NCBI GenBank assembly: GCA_002269645.1
Contig: NIVC01003293.1
Coordinates: forward strand, 119,012 to 183,011
From: Macrostomum lignano
Taxonomy: Eukaryota
Reading direction: 5' to 3'
DNA length: 64,000 bases
Below the pieces are notes generated by a model. The model made no database searches. It saw nothing but the letters and a program-made list of their open reading frames with translations, and had not been told where the DNA came from. Shown one piece after another: positions 34,816 through 47,516 of this stretch. Position numbers and translations under genes: made by a program. How positions within the stretch are numbered: position 1 is the first letter of the stretch; each line of letters starts with the position of its first letter.

Positions 34816-37800
34816 ATGTCAAAGAATCAAGTGGCAGCCTGTTTCCACGTTAAGGCGGACTCTGGGATGCCAGGCGAAGCGCCTCATCAGCCAGCGGCAT
34901 CAGTTGAGGAGATTCTCTCCAGCTTCATCAAGTACGCCAGCCACAGCGGCATGCTGCCCGGCATGCAGAGGCAGGGTGCCAAGCGCACCGTGTTGACCGC
35001 TCTGGCAGTGCTGGCCAATGTCTTGATCTATGCCGAGTGTCTGGCTACCATGGTGATGTTCTTGCGCCTGCCAACGGCCCTGGATGCAAGCACAACTTTG
35101 CTGGTTGTGTCCATCATCTTTCACTCCTACTGTGCCTCGATCAGCTCTCTGTTCATATGGTCCAGCTGCTCGGGAAGGCTGAGCAGCTTTCTGCTCGATG
35201 TGGACGCAATACTGGCTGATTCGAGAGGCGTGCCTCAGCTGGAGGCGGCACTGCGACAGCGGTTCTTTCAGTACAAGGGTCTGCTCAGGAAGTTCTTTGC
35301 AGCGTTTTTCACTGCCGTAGTGATCAACTCGATCATGAGCGTGACCCTCATCATCATGGCTCCGAACCAGGTTCCTTTCATGTTCAACATCCGCATTGCG
35401 ATGTTCGGCTCTGCAGGGACCGGTCACCTGCCAGCAGTCCACCAGGCTCCCTGGGCGCAGGTGGCCAGCCAGGTTGCCGCTTCGGTCTGGTGGATCTACA
35501 AGTCACTCCTGTGGAACTTCGGGTTTCTGCTCTTCTTCACCCTAGCTTGCATCCCTACCCACCTGCTGCTGGGCTACAGTTCGGGGCTCGCGGCCCAAGT
35601 TCGAGAATCCCAGGGACTCACGGGAGACGCAGCCGCGGCCTATCGACTTTTCTATTTAAGGATCGCGGGCGCAGTTGAATCCGCTGACGCCATCGTACGC
35701 CTGTACCTGTGCGCCACCTTCCTGTTTAGCATCGTGGCCGTGATGTTCAACGTCAATGCTTTGATAGACATGAGCCAGGTGGATCAGCTGGTGACCTCAA
35801 TCCTGGCCGTGTGGATCGGATCCAGCCTTCTGCTGCTTTGCCTGCCAGTTTTCATGTGCGGCAGAGTTTTGGTTCTGGTGAGGGCACGAAGCAGCTGCAA
35901 ATCTTGTAGCTTGCGAGCTTCTTTGGATTAGTTTATCAAGATTTATTTGGATTAAGGTCTTTTCTTATCTAGGTGTTATTTCAACTTTTGCTACACCAGA
36001 ACTGAGCAAGACATTCACATGAAATTCAAGGACACGGGCTAAAGTTTTGTTGCGACAACTTCTCAAAAAAGAATCAGGAGTGTCCTTTGAATTCCCTTTG
36101 GAATTCAACGATTCTGCCAGAAGTTCGGATTTTTCCCATAAATACACTTCTGTGTGCCAATCAGCACCGCGTCTCAGTGCGGCCTTGCCAAGCCTTCAAA
36201 CTTCTTCAGCATGTCAAGCGCACGTGTCTGCATCATATCTGATTTCGGTGGCCTCCGACCTTCAAATCCTCAAAAATGGCTCAACCGATTTTCTTCAAAC
36301 TTGCACCATTCGATCAGAAATTTTCCTGGGACGGTACATGCATCTTGGCTAAGAAATTGCTCAATGTTAAAGGGATTAAATATTCGAAAAACATGCTTTT
36401 TTGAAAAGGTCAAGCCAAATTTTTGACTTGAATTGCATTGTAAGAATGCTAGAGAAAAAACTGACTGACTGAATTTATATTCTGATAAATATTACATCAC
36501 AACAAGTTGAAAACAGTGTCGAAGAAATGCGCACAAGACTTGATTAAAATTGCGTAACCATATTGCTAACTTCAATTGAGACGGATACTGGCTGACTGAG
36601 AAATTGATTATGTCATACCTTTTTACACTAAACGACTTGCTGTAAGTATTGAATTATAAGGGCCAAAATTCATGTTCTCCAATTGAAAAGAGATAGTCTA
36701 GATGCGAACAGACTGGACTGCTAATGTAGCGACCTGGGTTCGAATCTTAGTAGTGCAAAATAATTTTTATATTAAAGCACCTTAAAAACACGAAACTGCT
36801 AAACATAAAAGAAGCACAATGTCAAACATTGAAGAGCCACCATGTAAAACATAAAAGAGTCACTATTTCGAACATTAAAGAGCCACCACGTCGAACATTA
36901 AAGTGCCACTATGTCAAACATTAAAGCGCCATCATGTCAAACATGTATGTGACTGCATGTCAAACATAAAAGAGCCACCATGTCAAACATTAAAGAACCA
37001 CCATGTCGAACATTAAAGAGCCACCATGTCGAACATTAAAGAGCCACCATGTAGAATATTAAAGAGCCACTATGTCAAACATTAAAGAGCCACTATGTCA
37101 AACGTAAAAGTGACTTTATGTCAAACATATCAGTGTTTTTATGTCAAACATTAAAGAAGCACCATTTCGAACATTAAAAAGCCACCATTTCGAATATTAA
37201 AGAGCCACCATGTCAAACATTAGAGAGCCACCATGTCAAACATAAGAGAGCCACCATGTCAAGCATAAAATATACACAATTTCAAACGTAAAAGTATTGC
37301 AAGCCAATGCCAATTTTTAGTCATGCCAATTTTTAGGGAGCCACTATAAAGCTAAGGAAATTGTCGCACTAGCTACTTTTGTCTGGTGGATGCTTGCTAT
37401 TTGGGGATACTTGCTATCTGGGGGGGGGGTGCTTGCTATCTGGGGGATGCTTGCTATCTGGGGGTGCTTGCTATCTGGGGGATGCTTGCTATCTGGGGGA
37501 TGCTTGCTATCTGGGGGATGCTTGCTATCTGGGGGATGCTTGCTATCTGGGGGATGCTTGCTATCTGGGGGATGCTTGCTATCTGGGGGATGCTTGTTAT
37601 CTGGGATGCTTGCTATCTGGGGGATGCTTGCTATCTGGGATGCTTGCTATCTGGGGGATGCTTGCTATCTGGGGGATGCTTGCTATCTGGGATGCTTGCT
37701 ATCTGGGTGATGCTTGCTATCTGGGGGGTGCTTGCTATCTGGGTGATGCTTGCTATCTGGGGGATGCTTGCTATCTGGGGGTGATTGCTATCTGGGTGAT

Positions 37801-40800
37801 GCTTGCTGTCTTGGGATGATTTCTTTTTGCATTGCACTTCATTTGAGCAGTTTGTCGGTTTTCTTTGTGAAGGTTTTTTTGTATGTCAAATATTAAACAG
37901 CCACCATGTCAAACATATACGTGACTACATGTCAAACATAAAAGAGACACCATGTCGAACATAAAAGAGCCACCATGTCGAACATTAAATAGCCACCACG
38001 TCAAACATTACAGAGCCACCATGTCGAACATTAAAGGGCCACTATTTCAAACATTAAAGAGCCACCATGTCAAACATTAAAGAGCCACCATGTCAAACAT
38101 AAAAGAGCCACTATGTCAAAAAAACACGTGACTTCATGTCAAATATTAAAGAGCCACCATGTGAAACATACACGCGACTCCATCTCAAACATTAAAGAGC
38201 CACTATGTCAAACATAAAAGAGCTACCATGTCAGACATAAAAGAGCTACCATGTCAAATATACAAAAGCCATCATGTCAAACATAAAAGGGACACCATGT
38301 CGAACATAAAAGAGCCACCATAGAGAACATTTAAGAGCCACCATGTCAAACAATAAAGAGCTACCATGTCAAACATAGAAGAGCCACCATGTTAAACATA
38401 AAAGAGCCACCATGCCAAACATAAAAGAGCCATCATGTCAAACATATATGTGACTCCATGTCAAACAGTAAAGAGCCACCATGTCAAGCATAAAAGAGCC
38501 ACCATGTCGAACATAAAAGAGCTACCATGTCGAACATAAAAGAGCCACCATGTCAAACATAAAAGAGCCACCATGTCGAACATAAAAGAACCACCATGTC
38601 GAACATAAAAGAGCCACCATGTCAAACATTAAAGAGCCACCATGTCAAACATTAAAGAGCCACCATGTCAAACATATATGTGACTCCATGTCAAACAGTA
38701 AAGAGCCACCATGTCAAGCATAAAAGAGCCACCATGTCGAACATAAAAGAGCCACCATAGAGAACATTTAAGAGCCACCATGTCAAACATTAAAGAGCTA
38801 CCATGTCAAACATAGAAGAGCCACCATGTTAAACATAAAAAAGCCACCATGCCAAACATAAAAGAGCCACCATGTCAAACATATATGTGACTCCATGTCA
38901 AACAGTAAAGAGCCACCATGTCAAGCATAAAAGAGCCACCATGTCGAACATAAAAGAGCCACCATGTCGAACATAAAAGAGCCACCATGTCGAACATAAA
39001 AGAACCACCATGTCGAACATAAAAGAACCACCATGTCAAACATTAAAGAGCCACCATGTCAAACATTAAAGAGCCACCATGTCGAAGATTAAAGAGCCAC
39101 CATGTCTAACATTATAGAGCCACCATGTCGAACATTAAAGAACCACCATTTCAAACATTAAAGAGCCATCATTACATTAAGGTGCCACCATGTCAAACAT
39201 TAACGAGTCACCATGTCAAGTATATTCGTGACTCCATGTCAAACATAAAAGAGCCACCATGAAGAACATTAAAGAGCCACCATGTCAAACATTAAAGAGC
39301 CACCATAAAAGATACACAATTTCAAACGTAAAAGTAAGCGTCATGCCAATTTTAAAGGAACCACTGTAGAGCTAAGGAAATTGTTGCACTAGCTACTTAA
39401 TGTCTGGGGGAAGCTTGCTATTTGGGGGATGCTTGCTATCTGGGGGATGCTTGCTATCTGGGGGATGCTTGCTATCTGGGGGATGCTTGCTATCTGGGGG
39501 ACCTGGGTTCGAATCTTAGTAATGCAAAATAATTTTTTTATTAAAACACCTTGAAAACACGAAACTGCTAAACATAAAAAAAGCACAATGTCAAACATAA
39601 AAGAGGCACCATGTCAAACATTACATGGGCACCATGTAAAACATATACGTGACTCTATGTCAAACATTAAAGAGCCACCATGTAAAACATAAAAGAGTCA
39701 CCATTTCGAACATTAAAGAGCCACCACGTCGAACATTAAAGTGCCACCATGTCAAACGTAAAAGAGCCACCACGAAGAACATTAAAGAGCCACCATGCCA
39801 AACATAAAAGAGCCACCATGTCAAACATTAAAGATCCACCATGTAGAATATTAAAGAGCCACTATATCAAACATTAAAGAGCCACTATGTCAAACGTAAA
39901 AGTGACTTTATGTCAAACATATCAGTGACTTTATGTCAAACATATAGGTGTTATTATGTCAAACATTAAAGAACCACCATTTCGAACATTAAAGAGCCAC
40001 CATTTCGAACATTAAAGAGCCACCATGTCAAACATTAGAGAGCCACCATGTCAAGCATAAAATATACGCAATTTCAAACGTAAAAGTATTGCAAGCCAAT
40101 GCCAATTTTAAGTCATGCCAATTTTAAAGGAGCCACTATAAAGCTAAGGAAATTTTCGCACTAGCTACTTATTGTCTGGTGGATGCTTGCTATTTGGGGA
40201 TACTTGCTATCTGGGGGGGGGTGCTTGCTATCTGGGGGATGCTTGCTATCTGGGGTGCTTGCTATCTGGGGATGCTTGCTATCTGGGGGATGCTTGCTAT
40301 CTGGGGGATGCTTACTATCTGGGGGATGCTTGCTATCTGGGGGATGCTTGCTATCTGGGTGATGCTTGCTATCTGGGGGATGCTTGCTATCTGGGGGATG
40401 CTTGCTATCTGGGGGATGCTTGCTATCTGGGGGATGCTTGCTATCTGGGGGATGCTTGCTATCTGGGGGATGCTTGCTATCTGGGGGATGCTTGCTATCT
40501 GGGTGATGCTTGCTATCTGGGGGATGCTTGCTATCTGGGGATGCTTGCTATCTGAGGGATGCTTGCTATCTGGGGATGCTTGCTATCTGGGGGATGCTTG
40601 CTATTTGGGGGATGCTTGCTATCTGAGGGGTACTTGCTATCTGGGGGATGCTTTCTCTCTGGGTGATGCTTGCTGTCTTGGGATGATTTCTTCATTTGAG
40701 CAGTTTGTCGGTTTTCTTTGTGAAGGTTTTTTTGTATGTCGAATATTAAACAGCCACCATGTCAAACATTAAAGAGCCACCATGTCGAACATTAAAGAGC

Positions 40801-43314
40801 CACCATGTCAAACATTAAAGAGCCACCATGACAAACATTAAAGAGCCACCACGTCAAACATTAAAGAGCCACCATGTCGAACATTAAAGAGCCACTATGT
40901 CAAACATTAAAGAGCCATCATGTCAAACATTAAAGAGTCACCACGTCAAACATTAAAGAGCCACCATTTCGAACATAAAAGAGCCACTATGTCAAACAAA
41001 CACATGACTTCATGTCAAATATTAAAGAGCCGCCATGTGAAACATACACGTAACTCCATCTCAAACATTAAAGAGCCACTTTGTCAAACATAAAAGAGCT
41101 ACCATGTCAGACATAAAAGAGCCACCATGTCAAATACACAAAAGCCATCATGTCAAACATAAAACAGCCACATATACGTGACTTAATGTCAAACCTTAAG
41201 GAGCCACCATGTCGAGCATTAAAGAGCCACCATGTCGAACATTAAAGAGCCACCATGTCAAACGTAAAAGGGTCACCATGCCAAACATAAAAGAGCCACC
41301 ATGTCAAACATAAAAGAGCCACCATTTTAAACATATACGTGACTCCATGTCAAACATTAAAGCGCCATCATGTCAAACATATATGTGACTGCATGTCAAA
41401 CATAGAAGAGCCACCATGTCAAACATAGAAGAGACACCATGTCAAACAAAAAGAGCCACCATGTAATATATAAAAGAGCTACCATGTAAAATATAAAAGG
41501 GCCATCATGTCTAACATTTACGTGACTCAATGTCAAACATTAAAGAGCCACCATGTCGAACATTAAAGAGCCACCATGTTAAACATAAAAGAGCCACCAT
41601 GCCAAACATAAAAGAGCGACCATGTCAAACATATACGCGACTCCATGTCAAACATTAAAGCGCCATCATGTCAAACATATATGTGACTGCATGTCAAACA
41701 TAAAAGAGCCACCATGTCAAACAAAGAAGAGACACCATGTCAAACATAGAAGAGCCACCATGTCAAACATAACAGAGACAACATTTCAAACGTAAAAGGG
41801 CCGCCATGGTGAACATAGAAGAGCCACTATGTCAACATTAAAGAGCCACCTTTTTAAACATAAAAGAGACAACGTTTCAAACATAAAAGAAGTGTCATGC
41901 CAAACAAAATGGAGCCACTATAAATCTAAGGAAATTGTTGCACTAGCTACTTTCTCTGGTGGATGCTTGCTATTTAAGGATGGATACTTGCTATCAAGGG
42001 GATGCTTGCTATCGGAAGGATGCTTGCTACTGGGGTAACTTGCTATTGGGAGATGCTTGCTCTTGGGGGGTGGAGGGTAATTGCTATCTAAGAGGGGGTT
42101 GCTAGATATCTATAAGGTCTCTTTGTATCCAGGTTAATGCTTGCTATCTGGGGTTGCTTGCGGTCTGGGGATGCTTGCTATCTGGGGATGCTTGCTATCT
42201 GGGGATGCTTGCTATCAGGGGTTGCTTGCAGTCTCGGGGATGCTTACTATCTGGGGTCTGGGGGATGCTTGCTATCTGGGGGATGCTTGCTATCAGGGGT
42301 TGCTTGCTATCGGGGGGATGCTTGCTATCTGGGGGATGCTTGCAGTCTGGAGGATTTCGCTATTTGGGGATCGATGCTTGAATGCTGTCTGAGGATGCTT
42401 GCTGTCTTGGGATGTTTTGTTTTTAGAGGGAATGTCTGTTGTTTTTTATGAAGGCTTTATTTTGCTGTCTATTTGTTATTTGTAAAGAACAAGGATTCTA
42501 TCCAGATGTCCCCCATCGGGGGGCAAATATTGCTAGTTCTTAACTAAATTCTTAACTAGTCTCTCAAGCATTCAGTCATCATCCTAACGCACTTTCTGCA
42601 GATAGCACCTGTGACTATTGTCTGGCAATAAAAAGTTAATCCTGACCTTGAGTTTCGTATGCCTGCGAGAAGGACTGGACAGCGCGGGAAACGTATTTCG
42701 ATTGGTTGCATAAGAGAAGTTAAGTTACTGGGGCTATGAGACTCAAGATACGAGCTAGCAACACACAGTCGCTAATATGAGGATTGTCCAACGCGTATTG
42801 CACTATCGCCAGGTTCCACGAACCGCGCATGCAGTTAGCAAAGGTTTCACTGTCCGGTGAATTAAGAAATCTGCTTTTAATTTGCAGGTCAAGAAGCCTT
42901 TAAACGTTCTGCAGCGGCAAGAGATCACGAAAAATAACTTTAAAGAGGTAAATCGGTTATCAGCATCAACTATTTAGCTTATCCAAGCATTCCTACGCAC
43001 CTTACCGGTTGAATTCAATTCCCAGCTTCTAGTGCTTCTGGAGGTGGTGAACAGCAGCAGCTGCGGCATCACCTGCGCCGGCCTCTTCACCATTGACTAT
43101 TCGCTGATTCCAAGCGTGAGCCACATCAACCTCGTGTTGCTTCTTTACTCCGAAATTAGGTTATAAACTTGATGCTGCAGCTGTTTTATTATTGAAATTT
43201 CAGCTCACCGGACTGCTGCTGACGTACTTCATTCTGATTGTGCAGACACGGCAGGGCGCTGGCGGCCCCGGCTGTCCCAGTGGGGGCGGCGCTTTCAACG
43301 GCTCAGCGCTCTGA
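34816..43314 (+). CDS. Gustatory receptor-like (GR/GRL, 7tm_7-type) chemoreceptor, ~440 aa
   Basis: Exons 34816-35877, 42888-42947, 43026-43115, 43204-43314. Three phase-0 introns cluster at the C-terminus. Multiple hydrophobic helices. C-terminal motif GITCAGLFTIDYSLIPS|LTGLLLTYFILIVQT matches the GR TYhhhhhQ signature. Confidence 0.85.
36790..41920 (+). repeat. 22-bp satellite arrays (aaagagccaccatgtcaaacat)
   Basis: Blocks at ~36790-37290, 37890-39320, 39580-40060 and 40745-41920. Confidence 0.95.
37385..42410 (+). repeat. 18-bp satellite arrays (gatgcttgctatctgggg)
   Basis: Blocks at ~37385-37810, 39405-39497, 40180-40680 and 41960-42410. A reverse-strand block lies at ~59420-59680. Confidence 0.95.
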
Positions 43315-43469
43315 GTGACAGCTGCATGAATGAAAAGAGAGTGGAGAAAATTGACAGCAAACAAAATCTTCACTGATGATCAATGGAAGACCGCTTGAAC
43401 TAGATCTACCATCTAAGATACAATTGAAACCGAAGAATAGCCAATCATCCTGCCGGGCATTCCACTGTT

Positions 43470-43508
43470 GACCCTAAACCTAACCCTAACCCTAAACCTA
43501 ACCCTAAC
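43470..43508. repeat. Interstitial telomeric-type repeat (TAACCC)n
   Basis: About 6 units with TAAACC variants, 150 bp after the GRL stop. Confidence 0.85.
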
Positions 43509-44139
43509 CCTAACCCTAACCCTAACCTACATCGTCGGCAGTCGCAGGGCTGGCAGTCAAAATGGTTCTTTTCTACAATATCAAGCACGCAACATCAAAG
43601 ACAAAAAACACAAGTCTGTGGCGACCAGACTGTACGCGACCGGCAGCACCAGTGCAGCCGCACTGGAAACCCCCCAACCTCTGTCTAGCTGAGGTGGGGT
43701 GGTTGCGCACCGCGCTAGCCGGCTCGCTAAGCCAGAGGGTTGGCGTAGCCAATCACGTCACGCGCCACCTGTTTCGCACCTCCCTTGGCTTAGCCCCTCA
43801 ATCTGGCGTTGTTTGTAAATATATAAATACACGCGCAAAGCAGCACAAACTCTTCGCTGCCATTCCATCTATTGAAACAAAAATGCCTTCCGTCTCAAGT
43901 CGTTAATATTGCTACCTGGCTCTTGAAATAACGGCTATGATTTGCTCTAAAATACATTTTACTTTCGTCAAAAGATATGCGTGAAAGTTGACTTGAAATT
44001 CTGCAAAGCTATCACTTCTGGACAATGACCTGTTTATAACGCGTTCAAAGCTGCCACAAGTGAAATCACAGTGCAGTGTCGAATATACTGTAGAAACTGC
44101 TTCAGTCGCGAATGTATCAAGCCCGTATATTTGTGTTGA

Positions 44140-44305
44140 ACAGCAACTCCTGTGGAAGTTCGAGTTTCTGTTCTTCTTCACCTTAATTTGCATCCCTACC
44201 CACCTGCTGCTGGGCGACTGGGTTCGCGGCCCAAGTTCGAGAATCTCAGGGTCTCACGGGGGACGCAGCCGCGACTTATCGATTTTTCTATTTAAAGATC
44301 GCATC
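44140..44305 (+). pseudogene. Duplicated fragment of GRL exon 1
   Basis: LLWKFEFLFFFTLICIPTHLLLG vs LLWNFGFLLFFTLACIPTHLLLG (35500-35665). The DNA aligns through cggcccaagttcgagaatc...ttttctatttaa, with indels. Confidence 0.85.
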
Positions 44306-44810
44306 CTGAAGGAAAGCCAGCGTGGACCACTGAAGCCCGCATCGCCAGATCTCGACTAAAAAACGGATGTACGAGACTTACTACAAGTAACAAACTATCG
44401 GCTGTGGCTCCGACACCGACACGGTGGCTGTGACACCCTGCATACAGAGACCACAGTGTGAATGAATGTGCGTGAATGAACTCATGGACCAAGCCGCCCA
44501 CCTCGACCAGGCGGACGTCCCAACGACCCTCCGCGCCGCCAGCCAGATATGACAGCCACTGGCTTATCCAGACCTGCACTTATCAGCTTATCAACCAGTT
44601 GCTCGTCGGGGCGAGCACCCCGACGGCAGCACGCACCACCGCATGGGCCCCGCGGATACGCCCAACTGCCCGGACTGTGATGAACCCAAGAAGGTGTAGC
44701 ACATCCTGCAGTGCTGGCCACGTGGCGACCGCTAACGCCGGATCGGGGAGAAGAAGAACCTTGGCGCTAGTGCTGTCTCCTTGTACTCGTACTGTACCTC
44801 TATGCTACTC
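44305..44810 (+). mobile_element. Degenerate non-LTR retrotransposon 3' end
   Basis: Frameshifted ...HRMGPADTPNCPDCDEPKKV*HILQC, a C-terminal CCHC-like motif. GC-rich. Confidence 0.55.
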
Positions 44811-45668
44811 CATTGGCACATTTACAAGTTACATGTATTTTTCACGATTCATATTCTCATAACTGGATTCTCAAGTTAATGTCGGATACCATGAAGGAAA
44901 GACTGCAAAGAATTATCTTCTTTTATTTTTCGTCCTTATCTTACTCTTACGTATTACTAATATATTCTAACCATAAAAATATCCCAATTTCTTCCATAGG
45001 GTAGCCAACACAGTCTGCGATTGGGATCTGCGATTGGAAATTAAGCCAGTGGCTAATACGGTCTTGCTTTTGTCAGCTTTAAATTGTTTAAATTGGTTGG
45101 CTAGTTGTATAGTAATTACTATAAAAAGCGTTCATAGCAATGTGAAGCCTCTTTTGTGCACCGCATAGAAACTGCGTTAGTACCGTATGTGAAGATCATG
45201 CTGACTAGCTGTTTGTACTGTGAATTCAGCATCAGCAATGTTTAGCTCTACCGAACTTGCTAGCTGAATCGTTTTTCTCGCTGTACCGGTTCTCTCGCTG
45301 AGAATGTTTTGTCACGAGTGCAAGCGAGTGTGACTCACATCTAAAACAATTACACATCTAGAAGCAGCGCACACGGCGCACTTAAAAACATTGCATGCTA
45401 AAAAAAGAAATATGCGGATGGAAAAATAAATAAACACACAAAAATGTTGTGCAAGAAAATACAAATGTTCTTAGTAAAAAACGTTTTCTTAGAAAAATGC
45501 ATTTTTACATCCCTGTTATTAATGAGCCCACTCATTTTTTCTCTATAAATATAAGCAGAGTTCAGCCCCCAAAAGGCCATGCTGCGGGCCCTCGGCTAAA
45601 GCCACAGGAGTTTCCCAAAGTTTTCCATCTGTCTGAGGATCTGCTACACCGCTGTGCCTCTTCCATTC

Positions 45669-45925
45669 ATGGCAGGTAAGTTCCGCTCTCACTGCCTGAT
45701 TTTCCCCGGGCACGCACGAAGCTGTACGGCATTCAATCCGCAAATTTCAGGTGCACTGCTGCTCACTCTCTCCATCCTGGCTGCTGGAGCTGCAGCAGAC
45801 ACTGAGTACACGCACGTGTGGGACTCCGCTGACATGGCGCTGGGCTGCAGGCCATGGCTGTCTGTGCAGGTGAAGACCGGAGACCTCACCGAGTTGCACA
45901 ACATTACCTTCACTTTGTCCACCAG
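45669..45925 (+). CDS. ADAM paralog D, first two exons (signal peptide and prodomain start); remainder not visible
   Basis: ATG GCA G|gtaagt, then exon 45751-45925 (175 nt, same length and phases as ADAM-B exon 2). CRPWLSVQVKTGDLTELHNITFTLSTR vs CEPWLSMRVKIWNSTILHNVTVTLSTR. Confidence 0.8.
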
Positions 45926-45958
45926 GTGAGAATTTGGTTTGACTTTGTCTGCCTTTCA

Positions 45959-46329
45959 NNNNNNNNNNNNNNNNNNNNNNNNNNNNNNNNNNNNNNNNNN
46001 NNNNNNNNNNNNNNNNNNNNNNNNNNNNNNNNNNNNNNNNNNNNNNNNNNNNNNNNNNNNNNNNNNNNNNNNNNNNNNNNNNNNNNNNNNNNNNNNNNNN
46101 NNNNNNNNNNNNNNNNNNNNNNNNNNNNNNNNNNNNNNNNNNNNNNNNNNNNNNNNNNNNNNNNNNNNNNNNNNNNNNNNNNNNNNNNNNNNNNNNNNNN
46201 NNNNNNNNNNNNNNNNNNNNNNNNNNNNNNNNNNNNNNNNNNNNNNNNNNNNNNNNNNNNNNNNNNNNNNNNNNNNNNNNNNNNNNNNNNNNNNNNNNNN
46301 NNNNNNNNNNNNNNNNNNNNNNNNNNNNN
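45959..46329. other. Assembly gap (371 N)
   Basis: Run of N. The true size is unknown. Confidence 1.
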
Positions 46330-47515
46330 TCGGTGGCCGCCGCGTTGTAGGTCTGGTGCCAGCGGGCGAGGCAGTGGCGGCGGACGGCAGCCTGCGCGGC
46401 AGCCAACGGGATGGGCGCGGTGCCTTGCGCCAGCGTGGAGCCTCGCTTGGCGATCTCGTCCACGGCCTCGTTGACGGGGATTCCCGCGTGGCCAGGCACC
46501 CACTGCAGGTGGACCGAGGTTCTCCGGGCCGCGAGGTCGGCGAGGCTGGCCCAGACGGCGTCGATCATGGTGGTGCCCGTCGACCCGGGGCCGGACGCGA
46601 GCGCTCAGGGAGTCAGAGCAGATGCGGACCGGCGACAGCTCTGCCGGGTCCGGGCCGCGAGCACCCACCTAAGGGCCTCGGCGATGGCCACTAACTCGGC
46701 GTGGAAACTAGACGTCACGTGGCCAGCAGCGACGCACAGCGTGGTGTCGGGCTCGACCAGGACGCCGCTGCCGCCGTCCAGGATGCCGTCCTTTGCCGCT
46801 CCGTCGGTCCAGACCACAATGCCGGCGGGCGGCAGGGCGGCAAGCGTCTGCTCCGCCGCAGCTCTCCGGGCCTCCGGCAGGTCACCCCGCGAGGTCGGGG
46901 AGGCCAGCTGCAGCCCAAAGGTGACGGAGTCCAGAACAGCCCAGGGAGGTGTCGTCGGGACAGCGTGGACGGGCTCTCACGGGGAGCCGCCCAGGCCCGC
47001 AGCGCTGCATACGCTGGCCGCCGTCTCGCGCCAGCCGCGGGCGCTTTGGAGGCGGCGGCGCGGGGCCAACGCTGGCCGCGCAGGCGCGCAGCGGGTTGTC
47101 ATGCGGCAGCCTGAGGGCGCGCTCGTGGAGGAGGCCAGCGTGCATCTCCGCGCGGACTGCCATCGGCGGCAGTCCAGCCTCGCGCTCCAGCACCTCCGAC
47201 CTGGTGTTCCGCGGACACCCGGTGATGATGCGCGCGCCCAGGCGCTGGGCTCGGTCCAGGTGGTCGATAGCCGTCTTGCAGGCCGTCGGCATCCAGGCGC
47301 CGGCAGCGTACTCCAGCACCGGCCGCACGTAGGCCGTGTAGAGCTGGCGCACGTCGCTCTGCTTGGCGCCCCAGTTTCTGCCAGACAGCGCCGCCAGGAC
47401 GCCGCAGCGGGCGCGGGCGCGGCCGGCGACGTTGGCGGCGTGCGCTGAGAAGCTGAGCAGCCGGTCCAGGATGACGCCGAGGAAGCGCGGCTGGCGGTCC
47501 GTCGAGAGCGGGGAG
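46330..47515 (-). mobile_element. GC-rich non-LTR retrotransposon fragment (RT C-terminus + RNase H; I/Ingi/Tad-like), frameshifted
   Basis: PRFLGVILDRLLSF...LYTAYVRPVLEYAAGAW; WTDGAAKDG...SSFHAELVAI; CSDSLSA; LQWVPGHAGIPVNEAVDEIAK. Confidence 0.9.
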
Positions 47516-47516
47516 G

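Larger units (their letters stand above)
36265..42536 (+). mobile_element. Non-autonomous Helitron-like element H1 carrying tRNA-like module and 22-/18-bp satellites (GRL intron 1)
   Basis: 3' end is hairpin tgtccccc-atc-ggggggca (42507-42525) + aatattgCTAG|T. The 5' region (ggctcaaccgattt...) is ~36270-36690 and homologous to H2 and H3; the exact 5' TC was not found. There is an internal restart at 39498. Confidence 0.75.

Noticed and set aside
34816-35931. Single-exon 371 aa membrane protein
   Set aside because: A donor at 35878 and three in-phase downstream exons supply the missing GR C-terminal motif.
36690-36752. Functional tRNA-Ser(GCT) gene
   Set aside because: No acceptor stem, mispaired arms, no long variable arm, and multiple diverged copies embedded in a repeat. 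Treated as tRNA-derived only.
37379-42451. ORFs such as (MLAIWG)n and (DACYLG)n
   Set aside because: 18-bp satellite translations within the GRL intron.
43470-43508. True chromosome end or telomere
   Set aside because: The tract is short and flanked on both sides by unique sequence.
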